IMG/VR virus record: IMGVR_UViG_3300012662_000009
Span: 32,001 to 96,000 of that record
From: a virus
Taxonomy: Duplodnaviria; Caudoviricetes
Length of the DNA stretch: 64,000 bases
Direction: 5' to 3' (one strand)
In this document: positions 60,030 through 64,000 of the stretch, one piece after another
Layout of the letters: every line of letters starts with the position of its first letter
Position numbering within the stretch: position 1 is the first letter of the stretch
Translations under genes and position numbers: made by a program
Notes under the pieces: generated by a model
Database searches by the model: none
What the model saw: the letters and a program-made list of their open reading frames with translations, nothing else
What the model was told of the DNA's origin: nothing

Positions 60030-60700
60030 AATTCGCCAACGCCATATTACGACCAGGAATAGTAGAAGAAGTACTTATAGACGGGCAGATTAAAGCTTCT
60101 GCACCAGGGCTTTTTTCTGCTGAGGATTTGGATAATCTCCCTCCGATATATCCCTTCTTCGGAGGCCATGCAAATACTTATTCAGAACCCACTGTGGGGG
60201 ATGAAGTATGGGTTCTTAATGTACTTGATAATAATAGGCAATTGTATTGGTTTCGCAAGGATAATATACAAGAAGCCAATGGTGGTCTTATACAAGAAGG
60301 TGATGTGGAAGTTTTATGTAACCGGGAATTCGGGGGGGGCCTATGGGCTACTATATATTTCTCTGATGGATCTGGTTGGGTTATTAAAAGAGATGACAGT
60401 AAAATTCAAATAGATCCCGATGGAAATATTATATTGGATACAGGATTTCCTTATAGATGTATAGATGTAAATCTTTCAGGTATTTCATTAGGCTCTCGAG
60501 GAGAATCATCACACCCAGCTGCTTATGGAGATAAAATTGAAGATACTTTATTATATATTTATACGGCCCTCGAAGCAATTCAATTAGCTGCTGATACAAA
60601 TCCTTATACAAAAGGCATTTCAATGGCTCTACAAGCACAATTGCCTAAAATAGAGCAAACAATACCTCAAATAAGTTCTCCTAATGTAACTTTAGAATGA
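60026..60700 (+). CDS. Baseplate hub/spike protein (gp5/gpV OB-fold-like)
   Basis: GIVEEV...GQIKA...PTVGDEVWVL, followed by short beta repeats and AYGDK. Confidence 0.6.
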   Translation: MKFANAILRPGIVEEVLIDGQIKASAPGLFSAEDLDNLPPIYPFFGGHANTYSEPTVGDEVWVLNVLDNNRQLYWFRKDNIQEANGGLIQEGDVEVLCNREFGGGLWATIYFSDGSGWVIKRDDSKIQIDPDGNIILDTGFPYRCIDVNLSGISLGSRGESSHPAAYGDKIEDTLLYIYTALEAIQLAADTNPYTKGISMALQAQLPKIEQTIPQISSPNVTLE

Positions 60701-60942
60701 TGATTATAAATACTTCTGGAACTCGATATAAGAGATATAAAGGTCTTGAAAAGACAGGAGAGCAAGCCTATGACTATGAAAAAAATGGCTTGCTCAATAA
60801 ACTTATGTCACATACTATTATAGAATCTAATAATGAAATTCTTAAAAGTATCTTATCTTTCTTTGAGAAATCTATGATATTCCTTATGAAATATACAAAA
60901 GAACTGCAAAATTTCAAAAATATACATTATAAAAATAGATGA
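60697..60942 (+). CDS. Hypothetical protein
   Basis: 81 aa with ATGA overlaps on both sides. Confidence 0.65.
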   Translation: MMIINTSGTRYKRYKGLEKTGEQAYDYEKNGLLNKLMSHTIIESNNEILKSILSFFEKSMIFLMKYTKELQNFKNIHYKNR

Positions 60943-61335
60943 ATCCACTGAATAAATATATATCTGAAGGGTTATTTGATGACGAAGATGATTTACTGGA
61001 TAAGAAACCTTCCGCAGCATCTCTTAATTGGTTCTTAGATGAGAATAATGTTATATTCCCTGATGAAAATTCCGAGAATTTAAATATAAATAATACAGGA
61101 GAATTAATCGTTAAAAGGCCCCCGCACAGGTCTTATAATCACGAATCTCCTCAATCCTATACCTGATTGGGTTGATACAAATAAAAACAATTGGGATGAA
61201 TTTGTATGGTTTAATATCATGTATCCTGTTAAATCTCAAAAAGATCTTCCTGTGGTAGGCAATATACAATACTTAAGTGGTTTTGCGCCAAGGTTCGCAC
61301 TGGAGAATGCGCAAATTCCTTACGAATTAAGATAG
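60939..61335 (+). pseudogene. Frameshifted, truncated family A member
   Basis: MNPLNKYISEGLFDDEDDLLDK...; homology continues in the +1 frame after aaaaggccccc (~61113-61123) as NPIPDWV...VKSQKDL up to TAG at 61335. Confidence 0.7.
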
Positions 61336-61339
61336 ACAT

Positions 61340-61384
61340 ATGAAAGATATAAAAGATATAAAAGATATGAAAGATATAAAAGAT
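61340..61384 (+). repeat. 5 x 9-bp tandem repeat (atRaaagat) encoding MKDIKDIKDMKDIKD
   Basis: Read directly from the sequence. Confidence 0.85.
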
Positions 61385-62116
61385 TTTTTATTTGAAAGAA
61401 ATTATATAGGTGATTTACCCTTTACTTTTGAAGATCTATGTGATTTTATAAGAAATATTTGGGATGATGAATCGGAATCTTATATAAAAATGCAACAGTG
61501 TATAACGGATAATTACGGTGAAAGAGCCTGGTCTGGATTTCATGGATGGATCGAAAGCAAATCTAACATAGATCCGATGTCTTTATATATTAAACTTCAA
61601 AAATTCCCTGCAGATAGACTACCCAGGATTTTAGGATCTGGTTCTTATGGATCTGTATTTACTATAGGAAATGATAAAATTATAAAATGGTTTAATCTAC
61701 CTCCTGAAAAAAATGATATAATATTTTATAAATATTGTTTGAATAATAAATCGAAGTATTTCCCTAAAATATATAAATACAATGATAAATATTGTATTAT
61801 GGAGAAATTAAAAGATAATACTCAAAAATGTAAATTATATTCGAAGACCATTAATAAATATTTTAAGATCAACGGTAAAAATACTTCTATATGGGATATT
61901 GTAAATCAAATCATGAAAGGAGAAAAAATCACAAAAAAGGATCAAATAGAAATTGACAAATATATAAAAAATTTATCCAGTGATGATAAAGTAATATATG
62001 AATGGTTTTATAATGCTATGCAAGAAGCCCAGGATAATGGGTTTATAGCAGTGGATATGAAATCTTCTAATATAGGCGAAAGATCCGACGGTGATATTGT
62101 GTGGTTTGATATATAA
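61340..62116 (+). CDS. Protein kinase-like protein
   Basis: LGSGSYGSVF glycine loop, IIKW, IMEKL, VDMKSSNIG, WFDI. Confidence 0.75.
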   Translation: MKDIKDIKDMKDIKDFLFERNYIGDLPFTFEDLCDFIRNIWDDESESYIKMQQCITDNYGERAWSGFHGWIESKSNIDPMSLYIKLQKFPADRLPRILGSGSYGSVFTIGNDKIIKWFNLPPEKNDIIFYKYCLNNKSKYFPKIYKYNDKYCIMEKLKDNTQKCKLYSKTINKYFKINGKNTSIWDIVNQIMKGEKITKKDQIEIDKYIKNLSSDDKVIYEWFYNAMQEAQDNGFIAVDMKSSNIGERSDGDIVWFDI

Positions 62117-62132
62117 AAATAGAATAAATTCA

Positions 62133-62224
62133 TAGATGTGATTTAACAAAGAGAAATAGGCTCGATATAGATTTATATATCCGAGCCTATTTTGATCGAA
62201 ATTTGATATATTTATGCGCGTTGT
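62133..62224. repeat. Dispersed hairpin element, copy 4
   Basis: Core at 62164-62181. Confidence 0.9.
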
Positions 62225-62287
62225 AAGACTATGTTTTGATTGTTAAATTGCGTTATGCAAATATACAATCAAGATATTATTATATAT

Positions 62288-62830
62288 CTATGTTTTGATT
62301 GTTATAACATCTATTCCAAATACTTTTTCAAGAGCCTTAGCCGATTCGAGGTTTTTTTCGCTGTCATCAAAGAATATGAATGTAGTATATCCTCTATGAT
62401 ATAATATAGATATTACTTCAGATTTCCTTTGATTAACCGTACCGGAAAGACCCAGTTTAGGATCATCTGTGGCAAATATAAGATTTTTGTCAAGATCTAT
62501 ATTATGTTTCTTGAGAAATTTCTTAATACCACTACATGAATTCCTGGCGGTGAGGATACCTATTTGTGATCCTTTTTTATATTCCCTTTTAAGTGTATCT
62601 AAATATTTTGTGGGAATTTCTTTTTCAAGCCATTTATAATCAGAAAATTCAGTGAAGTCAAAGGATTCGCCTGGTTTTAGATTGTAATTATTAAATTTTT
62701 TATTAGATATTCTTTTAGTTATTATACCATCCTTTATAATGCCTATACGAGCTGTGGTGTGGACAAGTGTATCATCCACATCAAATAAAAGTATCCTACC
62801 GTTATTTCTATACTCACTAAAGGTTTTCAT
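62288..62830 (-). CDS. HAD-superfamily phosphatase
   Basis: LLFDVDDTL, ILTAR, RK, FFDDSEKNL. Confidence 0.8.
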   Translation of the reverse strand: MKTFSEYRNNGRILLFDVDDTLVHTTARIGIIKDGIITKRISNKKFNNYNLKPGESFDFTEFSDYKWLEKEIPTKYLDTLKREYKKGSQIGILTARNSCSGIKKFLKKHNIDLDKNLIFATDDPKLGLSGTVNQRKSEVISILYHRGYTTFIFFDDSEKNLESAKALEKVFGIDVITIKT

Positions 62831-63341
62831 TTAATAAAGTGTTTCTTAGAATATTATAATATCTTTTTAAGGGAGTTATTTTACTAAATCCTTGAATATC
62901 ATCTTCTTTAATCAATCTCCTGGCTTCAGTGGCTGATATATCATCAGAGGTTCTTTTAATTTCTGTTATAGTAAAATCTTCTGAAAGATTAGCCTGTTCA
63001 TGATAGTTCTTAGACATTCTTTTATAAGACTCATATCTGTCTGTACCACATACCCAAGAAGAAACTTGATATCCCTGTTTATTAAGTTCTTCAGAGATAG
63101 TTATAATATTGGCGTTTTTTATTAATATAATCCCTTCAATCTCCTTATAAGCCTTAAGTGCTTCATTGTAAATGGGTAAAAGTAAAGAAGATTTATAAGG
63201 ATTCTTTGTGGTAGGATTAATAGTATCTATCATAAGGATTATTGTCTTGAGATGTTTTTCCTGATATATATTTTGAATGCATTTCAAGTGGCCATATGTA
63301 AATGGCTGAAAACGACCTATTATGATATTTACTTTTTGCAT
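62817..63341 (-). CDS. Cytidyltransferase-like (HxGH) nucleotidyltransferase
   Basis: IIGRFQPFTYGH, KNPY, VCGTDR, ISATEAR. Confidence 0.85.
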   Translation of the reverse strand: MQKVNIIIGRFQPFTYGHLKCIQNIYQEKHLKTIILMIDTINPTTKNPYKSSLLLPIYNEALKAYKEIEGIILIKNANIITISEELNKQGYQVSSWVCGTDRYESYKRMSKNYHEQANLSEDFTITEIKRTSDDISATEARRLIKEDDIQGFSKITPLKRYYNILRNTLLNENL

Positions 63342-63419
63342 TATAAGTTAGTTTTAATCTTCATGTATTGATATATTAAATCGGTAGGAAATATTTAGTA
63401 GAATGATTATTATATTAAT

Positions 63420-64000
63420 ATGAAAAACTATAAATTATATAGTACTAATCTCCTCCTGGGTGGTAATATGAAATATGATTTGATATTAAATAAAAATAAT
63501 ATCAATGATATCATTGATATCAATGATATTCATATAACTCCTATAACTGAATTGTCGTCTTATAATAAGTATATAGATGAAAATCTCTTAAATTATACCC
63601 ATCAGGAGAATCTCTCAAGGTATTATAAGAATAATATAGAATCCTTTTATGAGGATGGTATAGATCCTTTATTAAAATCTAATTGGCCTATAAAATCCGA
63701 TGATGATTTTATAAAAAATTATGATGATACTTTTATAATGGGTGCTAAGAGGCCCCATTACAGTGTATATAATAAACAATGTGAGGTCCTGGTACCTCTT
63801 TGGTTGGAGCAAGTAAAGGATAGTTTAATTATATATATAAAATTAAAAGATGCTTCTAAGAGTTATGTTATGGGTTCTATAGAAGTACCTGTTATAGGGC
63901 ACAATTTTAATTACTTTAAGGATTATATAAAGGATATAGGTCTTAATGAAGGTGATGATAAAGTAATGTATATAAACCTCGAAAATAAACAAGCTTCTAT
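63420..64000 (+). CDS. Hypothetical protein (partial; runs off the window end)
   Basis: ATG at 63420, MKNYKLYSTNLLLGGNMKYDLIL..., open to 64000. Confidence 0.7.
   Translation, partial: MKNYKLYSTNLLLGGNMKYDLILNKNNINDIIDINDIHITPITELSSYNKYIDENLLNYTHQENLSRYYKNNIESFYEDGIDPLLKSNWPIKSDDDFIKNYDDTFIMGAKRPHYSVYNKQCEVLVPLWLEQVKDSLIIYIKLKDASKSYVMGSIEVPVIGHNFNYFKDYIKDIGLNEGDDKVMYINLENKQAS

Noticed and set aside
61105-61130. Programmed frameshift in the family A copy at 60939
   Set aside because: There is no canonical slippery heptamer, and even the corrected product stops at about 131 aa, so decay or a sequencing error is more likely.
14858-62224. Hairpin repeats as a CRISPR array
   Set aside because: Copies are 11-23 kb apart with no spacer structure, and no cas genes are present.
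63498-63532. Short palindromic 9-bp repeats (atcaatgat/atcattgat)
   Set aside because: They lie in coding sequence for INDIIDINDI, occur once and are low complexity.
1-64000. Stop-codon reassignment (TAG or TGA), as in some gut megaphages
   Set aside because: Code 11 gives dense, full-length genes, and both TAG and TGA end genes at sensible positions.
1-64000. tRNA, rRNA or group I intron
   Set aside because: No cloverleaf, rRNA-like or intron-like segment was recognised. Intergenic gaps are short and AT-rich, but a covariance-model search was not possible.

Overview
This is an AT-rich segment of a large T4-like (myovirus) jumbo-type phage read in standard code 11. The host is probably Bacteroidetes/Bacteroidales, inferred from a Bacteroidetes-type lipoprotein, DUF285/BspA repeats and AT-rich, SD-poor translation starts. 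Recognisable T4-like genes are scattered on both strands rather than grouped in operons: tail sheath (partial), major capsid protein, neck gp13, head-completion gp4, gp15-like and gp5-like proteins, RNase H/5'-3' exonuclease, gp32-like SSB, RuvC, dNMP kinase and a primase-SF2 helicase fusion. The window also carries two sigma-70 factors, a MoxR AAA+ ATPase with a split DUF2201/VWA partner, a RimK ATP-grasp-protease fusion, an intein-containing QueC, two paralogous Zn-ribbon/nuclease/GNAT-like genes, two amidases and a fibre-gene cluster. Five patterns stand out. (1) About 16 unrelated proteins, including a sigma factor, the AAA ATPase, a kinase, an LRR protein and two paralogue families, start with a leader resembling the T4 capsid-targeting sequence, suggesting a large virion-delivered cargo set. 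(2) A 58-aa ORF missed by the ORF track joins that leader to a copy of the capsid N-arm. (3) Four dispersed hairpin elements share an invariant, co-oriented 18-bp core while their flanks swap. (4) A seven-member hypervariable gene family includes decaying copies. (5) Paired C-terminal and N-terminal motifs link adjacent fibre genes. All assignments come from motif recognition by eye; no database searches were run.
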